This document shows positions 36,521 to 51,200 of a stretch of DNA of 64,000 nt, in pieces (the stretch's first letter is position 1; every line of letters starts with the position of its first letter). Below the pieces are notes generated by a model. That model searched no databases, was not told the origin of the DNA, and saw nothing but the letters and a program-made list of their open reading frames with translations. Origin of the DNA: Lingula anatina (lineage: Eukaryota > Animalia > Brachiopoda); the NCBI GenBank assembly GCA_051362555.1, contig CM120641.1:17732001-17796000 (forward strand), in the 5' to 3' direction. The translations under genes and the position numbers were made by a program.

Positions 36521-39248
36521 CCGAGGTCACCCTCGCAACGTGTCTTCAGCGGGACATTGCCAATGAATGTCGGACCGTTTTTATATGTGTCAGCGATGTG
36601 GTACTCAACTGGTTTTATTAGCTTAGCCATTATCCAATTTCATGATCGGTCTTAGTTTTTGTCGTTCTTAGCTAGAAAACCTGCAGAAAAATCCACTACA
36701 CGCTGCATACCATCTCTTAAGATAAAGAACAACAACAACAGTTCTATCAGATTTGCTAGACTCTTTTAAAGTGTTAAAATACTGACCGGTTGATAGCAAC
36801 CGTTAACCTCTTAGCCTTGCCTGTTGTGACTGGGTGGGAAATTGGTCTATGATATTCAACAGACGTAATAATTAGTCTTATACGAAATAATTGTTCAACT
36901 AATTTATTATCATAATCAAGTTCAAACCGCTAGGAACTTGCACTTATTTTCTTAAACCCCGTGATGCGTTTTAACACGTGTTTCACACCTTTGAGATCAT
37001 AAAAAGGAGATGGATCACTATAATGACATATATAAGTATTACGCCACACGCTAAGAAATAAATGCATGATGGCTAACTTTTTGCTCAGTAGAGTTTGACT
37101 GTAGGGCTGGAGGCAGTGCAAATGCTCAACCCCCGTGCTGATTCTAATATATTTCCCACAGAATTAACAAGGTACGTGGAAAGTTACTCAGTGGTCTCAA
37201 TTAATAGTTTGAGAGAGAGAGAGAGAGAGAGAGAGAGGTGTTTTCTACGTCACTGCTATTGTTTGTCAGCAAAGCCTAAATTTCTTTGGAGACGTAAGTA
37301 TCAAGTAAATTTAATCTGCAGTTCATTAAAACTACTTGACCCTGGCTGCTTCATGTTATAAAATGATATAAAATGACAGTTAATTTTTATTTGCATTATC
37401 TGTCATACATGCATGCAAACCCTCTTAAACTTTGATTTAAGTATTTTAATAACATCTCGCTTTTTTACTGCTGAACGCTTTTATGTGTAGACATACAGCA
37501 TAATTAGAACAAAATTTTATGCATAGACATAAATTATTTGTGTACAAAATTTGCCAGAAAATATTGCAAACTATATTAGATTTAACACTAAAAGAACGCT
37601 TCATACAAAAAATCAAGTATAACACAAATCATAACTTTCCTTAAGTAATACAACTCGGCCATGAGAAAACATTCATCAACACAGGCCAATATAGGGTGGT
37701 CTGAAATATTTAAGTCTTCTCTTAAAGATGTACAGTACTATTGACAACAAAATAATCTGGCTCGGCAATTTTCCACCTGAGCTTATTTCCGTCATTTTGT
37801 TCTGATGATCAAAACTCTTGAAAATGCAAAAATACACGTGTTACGGCATCTCCGAGGAGGTAAAATCGTTCTAGTCCCAAACCCGTGTTATCATTTTGGT
37901 TATTATTATTATAGGGGGATATTTTATTCTGCTTTGTGGGTATTTTCATTTTGCAGATTTTGATATATTTTTGACAATAAGCAGAATTCTGTTAAATGAT
38001 TAGCTTTTTCATGAAAGTTGAAATAAAATATATTACTTTTTAGGGCTAAGTCCTGTATTAAACACCATCGTGTAAGAACATTTCACATTAATGCAAACAT
38101 TTTGAAAATTCTGCAACCACTATTTGCCTTTATACCGAAGTGGCCTTGATGCATAATCAATATCAAACGTGCAATAATTAATGTCACAAACAACATCAGC
38201 AAAGTAATTATGAAAAGTACAATTCTACAATACCATTTACTGGGATTATTAAATAAACACAGGAAAGAAACCAGCCGCACAAGCAACGACCAAGTTCAGC
38301 ATGTCGCACGAACTCACAGGTGGCGCTAACTGTGGCACGAGCGCAGATACTTAAAAGATTGGACAGGTGAGCGTACAGCTGACCCCTGCTGTAACAAAGC
38401 TTATGGAGTATATTAATAGGACCGTTAAGATTCTGCAAGCTTTCCCCGGTCATTGAGGTTGGCAGAGGCTTTGTGGGCAGCACTATAATACGCACGGTAA
38501 GATATAGGGTGATGTTCAAAGCCCGAATCCCTCATATTCCCATTTTGAATCCCCTCCCCCATCACCTACCTATTTTCCCATTTCATCCCGTTATTGTTTT
38601 CCTAAGAAATATTTTCACATCACACACGCTTCTAACTTAAAATGACTGACTAATCTGTACTACATGTAGTACATAGCACACTTGTTGCTAGCCTTTATAA
38701 ATGAAGTTTTTTGCTAGTCACAATTAGGAGAAGAACGTAGCGTATATTTTAGAGCTCACTTTTTACCCTCCAGGTGATGTTATTAATCAATCTAAATAAC
38801 GAAAAAAAAAACAGTTACATTTAACACTTGAGGTTTTCTTTCCTGCATATATAAACTCTTTAGGAGAAAAGAAACCTGAAAAACGAGATGTAGAAAATTA
38901 CACGAAAACCACCGCTGGCTGTATGTTATATTTTCTTCCGTTATGACACGTTGCAGAATGAAGAATACGACCGCAATGAGGCTCTCTCATAGAGTTTGGA
39001 ATTTCCCCTACCTCCTTCCCCTAAAACCACAAACGGAACCAATTTCTCTGAAAGTTTAGATGAACATCTGAGCATCGGCAGCGGCAACCATTTGCACCTA
39101 TACCTCTTGTTTATTTTCAGAAGAAGAATTTTTCGACGTTGGCATCAGGCATCAATTTAGCCCACTCGAGATCCGCGCGTGACGTAACGACTCCCTGTCG
39201 GCTGGTTCATCTCTCTCTACCGTCCCGAAGTACCCTAGTTTCTAGGGG

Positions 39249-42200
39249 ATGGAAACTGTCTGGTTACAAAGACCTACTTCGGATGTGCCCTGGGGGTTCC
39301 GCTTACAAGGAGGGGCAGACTTTTTTCAACCTTTAACAGTTCAAAGGGTAAGTTTTGATCGTTCTAGTTGATTGTCATGTCATCATATGCTGCTCGTCTC
39401 TCGGGTCTGTGTTTGTGTCGGCGTTCCACGCGGGAAAACGATTAGTGGTTTCGGCTTGTAAGAATACCTGGAAGAGTGTAAAGGGCAATAAAGGTGCAAT
39501 AATCGTTTTGGACGGTGTTACATTACCAGATGATCAGTTGAATAAGACGTACGTATATCTGAGTAATAAATCAGACGTTCAGTGAGAAGACCCAGTGCTT
39601 GGCTAAGAAATCTGATACGCCGCTTGCTTCTCATTGTTTTCTGCCCGGAGGTTGTTTAGTCAAGTTTATTTTAAACACGTTCAACAAACGTTAGGGGCAC
39701 TTCAGAATGACAGCTAGTTAAGCACTGCAGTCTAGCCGAGAGAGAGAGAAAGAAAAAAGTGTTCACTTGTTTATCATTTATCGGTTCACAAAAATGCCAT
39801 TAAACTGCTTAAAACATGTACGTGTTCACTGCACTTGGAGCTTATAATAGTTAATATATTTTGAAAAAAATAGGTGTACTATGCACCAACTATGCACCAT
39901 ATCAATCGAAAGGCTGGTGGCCATAAACAGTTTAGTAGACCTACTGTTTTAAGAATGCGCCTCTCACAAGATTCTTTTTGATTGTTAATGAGATGCTCTG
40001 AACCAGAATTATTTTCGTCTTTTATTTACATGAAATGCTCGGGTTGAATGGAATGCTCTATAGCTGCAATCACCAGTTATTCCAGGAGATAACTCGTTTC
40101 CATAGCAACTCACTCGTCGACCAATCAAATCTGTTCAGCAGAAGCGCTGCAGATACACAGACACCACATTTTCAATATTTTAGAGTAAACAGTTTGGTAT
40201 TCAGAGACTATATATCGAGCGTATATTAAAGGTTTGGATCTGTTTGCTGTTTAGAATAATTCAATATTTTGATAACCAAACTATCAACATTAACCTTTCT
40301 CATACATTCTTGTAAAGGCTAAACCAGTCGGCGCGTCGGTGGTAGCATCCAACCTTTTTTTTTTTTTTTTTTTTTGCATAAAAGTAGTCAGGACGGTGAG
40401 TGGGATTTGGAGAAAAAAAGTCCATTTAGCACATGCTGGCCTCTAGAAAAATCTCTTAGGTTGTGTCTGTGTCTCAAAGTTTACTTAAAATAACAAAAAA
40501 AAAAAAAAAAAAAAAAAAAACTCCACCACATCCAATTTCAATTGGCCTCTAGAAAACTTTCAAGGAAACGAAGATGGTTGTACTATACGCCGTGATGCAA
40601 ACAGCAATTCTAAGTAAAAATGATATTGTTTATGGATTTATCGGGTTGAAATGCCGTGTTTGTTGAAGCACATGTTTCATAAACGAAGTGCATAAAAAAG
40701 CCAATGATGGGTTGTTTTATGGGATATTTTTCATGAGTTGGATTCAAGGCCCCGATGCCGTTCTCAAATCTTTATAAAAAAAATTCAATTACAGTTTGGT
40801 AGAGACCAAGGTTATATTTTATGTTTGAAAGTCACGCGAGGTATCGGCGTATTTTAGAATAGTGTTATTAGGGAATAATATTTTATTCTAATGATGGGGG
40901 CAACCAGATTTAGAAAAAAAACATCCTTTTGGTATTATTATCATGCAGCATGTTTATAGATTCAGGGAACAGTCTTAAGAAAACACGGAAATTAAGCTTT
41001 TTCTCATTTCCACGTCCAAATCTTGTTTCAGTGATCATCTTTAATAAGAAATCACCTTCTGTTGAGTCTCTCAATTCTAGACGTTCTTTTTTAGAACAAT
41101 ACACGCAGACTGTGTGAAAAATTGTTGTTATTCAAATTCCACTAAGTAAGTTAAAACAAGAAAAAGAAGTCTTGCAAAATGATTTGATAGCAGAAGTTAT
41201 TTGTCAAGAGCATGGGTATAGTGTCAAGGTCTGTGTTTCTTGATAGAGAAGTTGAAGATGCCTTTTCCATTCTGTTATCTATTATATATAGGGGAAATCC
41301 AATTGGAATGGTTAAGCGAAAGTACACAATACTCTTCTGATGAAAAAGGTTGTTAGACCTTCAACTTCATGTGTTTTTGTGTATAAATTATCACATCACC
41401 ACTGCATATCGTTTCAAATAATGCTTTTATTCCAAATACCATGTCTAAGATGAATTATAGTACAGAAAAACACAATACTGGTGTAGATATCCACAATTTT
41501 TAATAATTTATTTTAACATAGAAAATGCACCCCTCATCTGATGTTCCACATTGATTTCCATAAATATCTGTCCATAGAATTAAAAAGACAACGTCAAATG
41601 TCATCAAAATTATACACAATTTGCACTAGAGTGTGCTCTTGAAAGGTCGCATGTCTAATAGCATGTTTGTCTACCCCGTACTGCAATTATCTCTTGTACG
41701 AGGCGCGGCATGCTTTCAATAAAGGTCACAAGTCTGTATTTTGGGATATTGCCCCATTCGTTCTGAAGAGCTTGACGCAGTAGTTCCAGATTACTCAAGT
41801 CTTCTGCCATAGAAGACCTATTATACAAGATGGGGTTGGTGGGGTGGGGCTGCATGCATTGTTTTTTAACCGCACCATTCCACAGACAAAACGAAGGTGT
41901 TGTTTGAATTTTTTAGGCCCGATTTTATATATTTTCTTCGTCAAAGTGAAACCCTGCCACCCTTGATAACGATTGAAGGACTTTCGGTTTTATCCTGTTC
42001 GACATCGTCCAGCCGAGACTCAGATGATGTATGAATTGGAGCGCTTTTGACCTTTTTGATCAATCACCTGTCAGATATACTGTGCTTAGATAAGCATTCT
42101 TTTTCGCGGCAGGGAGTCAAGGGCTCCTAGATATAACTACATTTTCATAGCCTGTTGTGTTGCGAAATGTGAGGGGAACTTTATTGGTCTTAATTTTCAA

Positions 42201-45200
42201 GCGCACTTATTATTTTTAGTACCAAACTTCAAAGTATTTTTTATGTATATCCCCACTGTCTCCTCGGATTTTTGAGCTAAGTGGCAATGCATATTTATGT
42301 CAGGTACATAGAAAAGGGTGAAATGTCGGAGGCATACAGGTAGAACAACTCCTGTTTCTAAGATGGAACCACTTCTTAAAAATGCAGAGACCCGGTCACC
42401 TGTGATACATTATTAATCTGCAAAACGGGCATTTCGAGTGTTTAGACCCACGACCGAATGCTATATGGTACAGGGGAGCCCTTGAGGCGCATAACGCCTA
42501 CGCCGGTATAAAATGCAACGGTAAATAGGTGTTTCTGGGAGTTTTATGTATATATTACCAGGTAATAACCTTTCTTCGTACCTTGTAAGTTCCAGGAGGC
42601 CTCGAGAGTAATATTGCTCTCCACACCTGGGATATCTAGAACGGTATGTATGAAAGAAAAAAACGGCTTAAGAACCGGCAGAATGGTTCATTGAATTGTT
42701 TAATGTTAAAATCAGTTTACTTTCTGTTGCTTCGAAATGCGGTGGTATCACCTGAAAAAAGGGCAGACGACCAGCGTTTGCGTGCAGGTGTAACGTTAAG
42801 GCAGCCATGATGCCGCCATCTTAGTTTCTGATCCAAGATCTTCTGGAAGCCCAAGAGGATTTCTGTTCAAAATCTGTATTACGCAGCATTAATTCTTTCC
42901 ACCTGTAGTGTGAAGAGGGCCTGATAGCACCTGAATCTATTAGGTTATTTTGCTGTTACACCATCGATGCATTTCTTGAAATATAGGCTATATTGTGGTT
43001 TAGTTTAAAAGGGTGGGGTACGTACATTTACCTGTTAAAATAGTGTGAAAATTCCGGCTGAAGTGGAATCGAAGATCAGTTAAGAATATGTCTGGATGCC
43101 CGTATTTTGCAATTCCTTAATCATATTGTAGGCTGTGTGCACTTGGTTTTTTGTTCCAGATCCAATTCAGTTCAGAAGGTTATGCACAGGGCAACAGGGC
43201 GGCCGGTCTTTGAGCGAGTTCAATCTCGCTTAAATTATAACCAACGTTCCGAGTATTTTAGGCTGTCATGTTGTATCTATCCCGCATCCAGCTTTCAATA
43301 AAACGACATTTCGCTTAGAAATAGACCAGCACACTCAAATTCGATTTGAAACTTAATTGGCATCTATTTTGTTGTTTTTAAACGTGGGGTCTATACTAGC
43401 TGACCTAGCAAATATAAAGACAATGCAATGGAGCAATCGAAAAGGTTTGGACGATATAAATATCTTAGGTATCGTTGCACTATTTGTGGACCAATTCCAC
43501 CTGTCAGAAGAAAAACAAAAGAGTTCAAACGTAAGCTATTACTATTGTTCCAGTAATTGAGCAGTGTTGTTTCATTCATTTTTTAAGAACGAAGTTTTTT
43601 CCCTTCAACATGAATTTAGCCTACCTTTATAATACAGGCTGGAAGTGAGTCCATTTGACCTCGGTTGTAAACAATATATGATTATTGTCGTCTGACAGGA
43701 GAATAAAGTTAAAACAATCTTATTTTGCTCAAAATAAGAGTCATCAGATTGACTGTAAGAATAAAAATGGGATAAAATGTAATCGTCTGATCGACCTAAA
43801 ATGTTTGCAATCTGTAATCGCCTGTAAAGCCTAGAATGGGGACTCACGTAAACAAACTACGAGTGGGTGGAAACAAGATGCACCTGTAAAACAACTGTTT
43901 GCCATGCAGCCTTTCATTGCTCGTTGAATAGCTTATCCCAACTTTCTCCGCATATGTGAAGCAACTGTGATCAACAAGGAACCGATGCGGCTTGTCGATG
44001 TGAAAACCATCTGCTCGTCTGTTACTGCGTAAAAGCTCATCGTGTTTCTGGTGCTGGAAAATGGTTTAACTATGTATCTCACTAATGCTTAATCCTTACC
44101 AAAACCTATATTCTATTCATAAAAAATAAATGATATTTAATAGATATCACTTATCTTCAACTTGAAATGTTGGAAGAAATGTGAGGAACAGGTTGCAAGC
44201 TAGCCTGTTTCGTAAAATATGGACATCCCATCTGGATATAGAAATATATATAAAGGTGAAGTCATACAATCACCAATTATTTATCCTGAATTTTCTGTAT
44301 ATCTGTTGAAATATCAGGTGATAGGAGGCATGTGCACGGCAGTTAATAGTATTTCAGCCAGATCGTAGGTTAAGTCGTTCCATGCAAATAACCTTAGACT
44401 CCTGCATAATTATGAAAAAAAATCTGACCAAGGAAAACACATTACCAATATGCTGTCTGTAGGTAAGATAAATCTGATCTTTTTTTGGCTTATCTCTATT
44501 GTGTCATTCACGTATTTTGTAAGAACCAGAATAAGAAGCAGTCAAATTTCAGAAGAATATTATACTGCTCAAGCAATATGGCGGAGTCAACCCAGCCTAG
44601 TAAACCACACACAGGTATTTAGCAAAGGTAGACCAATCTTGTTACTCAGACTTATTCCGGGATGTGAAGATAATAAAAACGAGAGTTCCCGTTGCTCAAT
44701 AGTGACACCAGGTAGAAAAGCTGCAATACTAACTTACTGTCAATTATATATTTTTAGGTTTCCGGGGGCAGTATAGCAGCTACTGGATTAGAAAAGGGAG
44801 ATACCATATTAAAAATTGGTAGCCAGCCAACGGAATTTCTAACACACGCAGAAGCACAGGGACTTATCAAAGATAGCGGGAACCTTATTCAGTTAACAGT
44901 GCACAAGTACGTAAACAAAATGCCTCAGATGAGATCCCATTAAACACAATAACGTGAGTGATATAAAACTGTTCGCCATCCTTTAGGCCATTGTGCCATT
45001 CTGTGGAGTAAGTTTGATGCATCTTAAATCACCCTAAATAGGGGAGACCGGGGCTAGTTGGCCCAGCTAGACACTTTTGGCCTTGTAGAGCCAACTAGGA
45101 GTGGGTTAGAGTAACAAAACCGGTTTCAAAGTAAGCCCCATGAACTAAGCTACGTATGCAACAATCATTATTTTTCAAATATAATGCCAGGTGGCTCACA

Positions 45201-48200
45201 ATTTGACAAAAAACGCAGTTGACGTTAGGGGGGGCAAGTTAGCCCCAGGGTCGGGGCAAGTTGGCCCCCCTATACGAAAATGAAGTATATATCCCATGTA
45301 AACGCCTTGAAATACATTTTTATAAATTTTTTATTTATTTAATTGATTTTTGAGAGTCTTTGATGAATAAACAGTTCAAATGAGGCACATTTATTGAGGT
45401 TTCCGTACGTCACGTTGTTGGGGGGGGGGGGGGGGGTATGTGTTGCAAGAACCAAAATATCTATCAATAAAAAGTGTTTTGTTTTAATTAAGAATAAATA
45501 AATAATGGTATAAAGAAGGTTTTTAATGAATGAAAACGAATAATAAATTTTCTTTTTAAAAGAAAGTAACAAATTCAGTTTTAAACCATTGAGTTTGTTT
45601 CAACAATGGTCTCTAGCTAGGGAGGGGTGGAAAAATAGGGCCACATATAACACTATAAATACAAAGGGAATTCCCTTACTTACAAAGAATTAAGGCAAAA
45701 AAAATGTTTTTCTACGGAAAGTCCAATGGGTTTGCTTTTTAATACTTACAATCAACAGAATATTTCTAATATAAATTCTCAAAAAGACACCAGAGAGAAA
45801 ATTTTTAAAAAATCAATCAGACGGTAATAGACACCGGCAAGCTTTGTCAATTTCACCAACTTGTTTATTTCAAACAGCGTTGCGCGCAAAGGTTTGTGGG
45901 TAATATGAGGGTCCAACTTGCCCCGAGTCAAGGGGGCCAACTAGCCCCGGGTGTACATTATTTATTTTAAAGGATGGTAGCCATTTATGGTGCTAGAATG
46001 TGGAACGATGATACATCTCTGTGAAACTTGAAACAATGAGCTTCAGTTTGATGCCCTATACATATCTTATATTCGATCAAAAGCCTATGATAATAGATTT
46101 TTAAATCTCTTAAACAAAATTACTTTTAGGTGCAAAAATTGTTTATTTCGACTCACCGCTTAAGTAAAACTTTTTAACGTCCGACACTTCCTTAGCATTG
46201 TAGGCTACGGTCACTTTGCAAGAGTATGTGGCCAATTTTTTTTACCTCGTAGTTACTTTTTCATAAATTGACGGGGGGGCCAACTTACCCCGGGGTCCAA
46301 CTAGCCCCGGTCTCCCCTACTTGTATCTACGCACTTCACAAATTATGGAATGATAAAAGTCGACATGAATGAACATATTAAGGTTAGAATAGAGAATATG
46401 TCATCAGGTGCTTGTCGAATTTAACCAAGGTACTTCGATTTTCCTTTCAGGGGAGGAGGATTACTGCCTCAGAGGTTAACGCCAACTTTCAAAGACAGAA
46501 GAATTCATGACATTAACAATATATACTCAATAAACGGGCCTAGGTCAGATTACTATGGAAACAAGGTGATAGAAAATACGTCGAATCATCACAGAGACTC
46601 GGATTTCGTGGATTATTCCGATTCAACTAATCACCTTTCTCCACAAATACCACAAACTTTTGCTCAACGAAATCTCCAAAGGGTGAATTTCCCTCCGGAG
46701 CCTCCTGACAGCATGACGTCTGCCATTCCTCCACCACCCCCACCACCCCCTCCTCCCCCGCCGGGACCCATTGTGCCAGGGGCATGGCGGAAGGTAGGTC
46801 AACTGTTAGTCCATAAGGCCTAGCCGGAAAGTAGGCTTAGAAATGAACATGCATTTCCATTTTTGCGAGTGTTAAATATATGGAATATTATAAACCCCAA
46901 ATGTCCGAAAGTAATTACTTTTTTGTCCGCTAACTTTATATCCCTTGCCATATGCCATGATTTGAAGACTTAGGCTGGTATTTCTTTTCCTATCTATGTG
47001 GTGAGTTGGCCAGACAGTAGGAACAGTCAAGTTGACGCCTACCTTCTTGTAATCTTGACCGTAACTATCATTTGAAAACTAGGAGAGCGCTAGCGAGTAC
47101 TGCTCTGAAGTCAAGCCAGTCCCTTCAGGAGCGTCAAGGTCAAATTAACCTTATTGTCGCAATATAGGCCCTCCTATTAGTTAGATTATATAAATTGTTC
47201 TTAGAAGACAAAGAGTTATGCTTTTAAATGCCTGAAATATGCGTATGATGGCATTATTTTTATTATTTTTTTAAATTCGTATCTGACTCAAAAATATTTT
47301 TACAGATTATGATTTTCCACTAATTGACCTTTTTACCTGTTTACGTTATATAATTGGTCTGGTGCTGTTAAAGTAACACAATTTTTCTTAATAAGAATAC
47401 TGTACAAACGCTGCTGAACAATCTCTTTTTTGAAAGAACAGTGCGTATTTCTAATACTAGTCTACATTTTTTCGTCCCACATGGTAGATGAAGCTACACT
47501 ACCCCGTGTCTGAACCAACGTAGCAAGTACAAGATTGAAACTGCAATCCTCTGATATCAAGGGCCCTGAAATAGTATACAAAATATCAGTGTCGCTTTTA
47601 ACATTTTTGTAACAGACTATTATCCTGTGGTCAGAGAGTAACTTTAACTGCCACGCTGGAATACGGCCCAGCCTTTATATCATCTAAGAACTGTTTTTTA
47701 GTTAAAAACAAAAAATTCCCCAGAAACCCTTTTACATGGTGTTTTATCGTCTGCTTATTCTATGTAAAATGTGAAATAATTTATAGGCTTTGCGGAAAAA
47801 TGCAGATTTGTATGTTTTTTTTATTGAAAAGGCCACTTTTCTGTCTGTTACCAAAAAGAGTTATCTAAATGCGATATTTTTCACCTTTCGCATCAATAAT
47901 CAATTTTATCATCCAGCGCTCTTTTTAATTTTTTCCAGCAATATCAAGAACAAAATGCATTACAGAATAACCATTCGTCGTCTGACAACTGGGGCAGCTC
48001 GTCTTTCTCTGACGGGGACACTACAGGAGAATACGTGCCTGACAAACTACAGACTGCCATGACCAGGAAAGATGGCAAGACGCCATTTACTTACACACCA
48101 GGAGCAAAATTAGACCTTAACGAGAGCGAAGTTTTACAAAGGAAAAAGTGCGTGAACTTTCTTTCCATAATACACTACACATCACTAATTGTATGCCCAT

Positions 48201-51200
48201 GTCACTAAAAATAGACTATGCCATTACATTAAAAAATAGACCTGCACTCTAAAAACAAATCGATCATTGACCCTACCGATAAAATCGGTTGCCCCTACCT
48301 TTAAACAACGGTTTATTCGGTTATTGAACAACCAGTCGATTGGTCAACATGGTGACCGTGTGGAACGGTTATTGAATCACTGATCTGAGGACATTTGACA
48401 GGAATATCGAAAGACTGTAAAGTAATTCCACAAACTTGATGAATCTTGTTTATTTATAATTGTTATCATAATTGTAATTATAACTATTATAATTATAATT
48501 ATAATTACAATGTACCTACCGATCATTAATCAGTTACATCAACCGGATTACAAGTTGGACATATTTTGAACGGTTGAATCGGTTGGTTTCAACCATTTTT
48601 TCAGTTATTTTAAACCGGAGTGTTTTTAGAGTACATGCTACCTCATGATACTAAATACGTGCATTTCTAGTGCAAATGTTGTTTGTAATAATTCTTAAGT
48701 GCAGTATTCACAATTTTTTTCGTAAATGATACAGTGCGTTACTATTAGGCCTAAGAAATGGGGAAGTAATCAAAATCTCTCCAACGCATCTCTTCAGATT
48801 AAGAGAACAGATGAAGCACGGCGAAGCTACCTCTCCACCGCCGACTTCAACAAAGGCCTCGGCGTCACAGAAAATTCTAATGCAGGCTCTTGAAAAAGGC
48901 CAGGTTTTGCCCGTCGCGCCTCCAACAGCCACCCCCGGGCAGGGAAAACCCAAAGGCGGCATATCGCTTGCTGCCTGCGAGTGAGTACTTGTAATGATAT
49001 AATGGGGTCTATTTAATGTTCAGTTCGCCACAATTAAGAAACAACTTTTCAAGTAGTGTGCTGAAATTTAAAGGCTTTAAAGATGCTAGAAGATTGCTTA
49101 TCCTTTTTATAAGGGGCGACAGTTAGTGAAAGACATTAAAATGAAATAAAGCATGCACGTATTTAACTTTAAACTGAATTTAGTTTTTATCGCGTGATTT
49201 GAACTGTACCCGAGTTTGTGTTTCTTAATATGTCTCTTATATTTATTTTAGAGCACCACCGAAAGCTACAGACGAAAGGGACTACACACAGTCTGACGTA
49301 TATAAAATGATCCATAATCAAATCCCACAGAAGAAACAAATGATTCATCATAAAGTCCCTGAGAAGAAACCTGCACCACAAAATCAGATCCCTGAAAGGA
49401 CACCAGCGCCACCAGTCCCTGAGAACAGACAACCACCGGTGCAGAACCAAGTCTCACAGCAGAGGCAAGTGATGCAGCGACAGGACCCAGCTCCGGAGCA
49501 GAGACGGACCCCGACCCTCCATGTGATCCACAGGCCACAGAAGCCTCGCTCGCCGTCTCCCGAGGCAGTGGAGTCGCCGAGGCTGAGCGGGGGATCACCA
49601 AGCTCCAAACATGGTCTCTCTTTCAAGGTGCTGCAAGTTTTGACAGGAACAGACGATGACGAGGGTGTCGAGCCTCCTCCAACTTCAGGTACATAGTCTC
49701 TCTCACCCCTTTCAGTATGTGTGTATTTGAAAATGATTGGCCTTTGAACTTTGAAAATCGATTAATAAAGTGAAGAAGTAGAGTAAACGAGATAAAAGAA
49801 ACATTTATCAAATAAGCTTTCAGGTTATTGCTCACTGTTTTTTTTACTATCCTGTCTTTTGCAAATTAAAATAATTCTTTTATTTTTCTTATAGACGGAA
49901 AGGGTAAGAGTCGCTTCAACTCACAGGACGATGAAATGACATTTAGCGGTATTAACAAGCGCGAAGAGGTCCCTTCGCACACGTTCAAACGTCTGATGCG
50001 TATGACAAGTAAAGACGAGCTTGAGACACAGGGTTTACAACGCCCTGCTCCCACCGCTGCTAATATCAAAGTAAGAGCGCCGGTAAAGGAACAACCACAG
50101 CCAACACACATCAACCCAGCTGCCCAAGTATACACTCCCCAAGAGCCGGTGAATGTACCTCCCCCAGTACCGCAACACGTGGTCTACAACGCACCTGCTC
50201 CTGCCTCGCCAGTAATGTACAGTCCGCCACAACAGAATTCAGGTATGGTCAGTCCGCCGGTCACGGTGAAGACGATGACCCCAGGACGCGTGGGGACTCC
50301 GCCAGGGCGGCGCCCCGGCTCTCCTACCACTCAGAGCTATGCGATTTCTCCCCTGGCTGCGGCAAGCCCCCCGTCCCCAACACAGCAGTACTATAACATA
50401 GCTCCGATGCCAGTCAGTGTACCGGTATCAGTACCCATACAACACTACGAGGATGATGATGCTTATGGTAAGATTTATACCGCTTTAGAATGCTTCATGC
50501 TTGGACAGGCACTGGCAGTGATTGAAATGTAATTATGGGAGTAACTTCGTTGATATTTGAAATGAATAGTTATTTCTTTATATGCTTTATTTTCGAAATC
50601 AGAGTGAATGAAGGCTAAAATTCTATATATGACTATGAAATTAATCTTTCGTATTTCGAGTAAGTCATAAATGCTCATGTACTAGGTTTTTCATTGTACA
50701 TACAATTTTGTAAGAGAAGAAGATTTTAAAGGTACATACAAACCGAGCATCTTATATGACTCAAATAAATTCGACATGCCAAGGGATTAACTGAATAGAT
50801 CACTCGATCAGCCATAAAAAACCTTTAGACTGCTACTTTCTTTAAATTTTTGGTTGTAAATTTAACCTACTTCCGTGACTTACTTTCCTGCCCCATTGAC
50901 ATACAGCTTAGAATGCCAGCAGAAAAATCTGTTCAAACATCATTTTCGGGTAAAATTAAACAGTGCCTTTTGGTAATTCTCTTAGTTATACTACTTGAAA
51001 CTACATGCTGGCATTTGGTTGGTTTTTGTGACAAAAAATTGACTTTGTATGCATCTTTAAAATGTTATTGTTATGATAGATATGTATTTTCCAGAAGGTC
51101 CGATTGGCAAATATGATGAGACGTCCATCAGGTACAAGGGCAGAAATATTCCATCCAAATCTTTTAAACTGCTACAACAGATGACTGGCGGCCCCGACAC

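Noticed and set aside
36116-36566. Four overlapping ORFs of 82-111 aa on both strands
   Set aside because: By-product of a stop-poor minisatellite; no splice or homology support.
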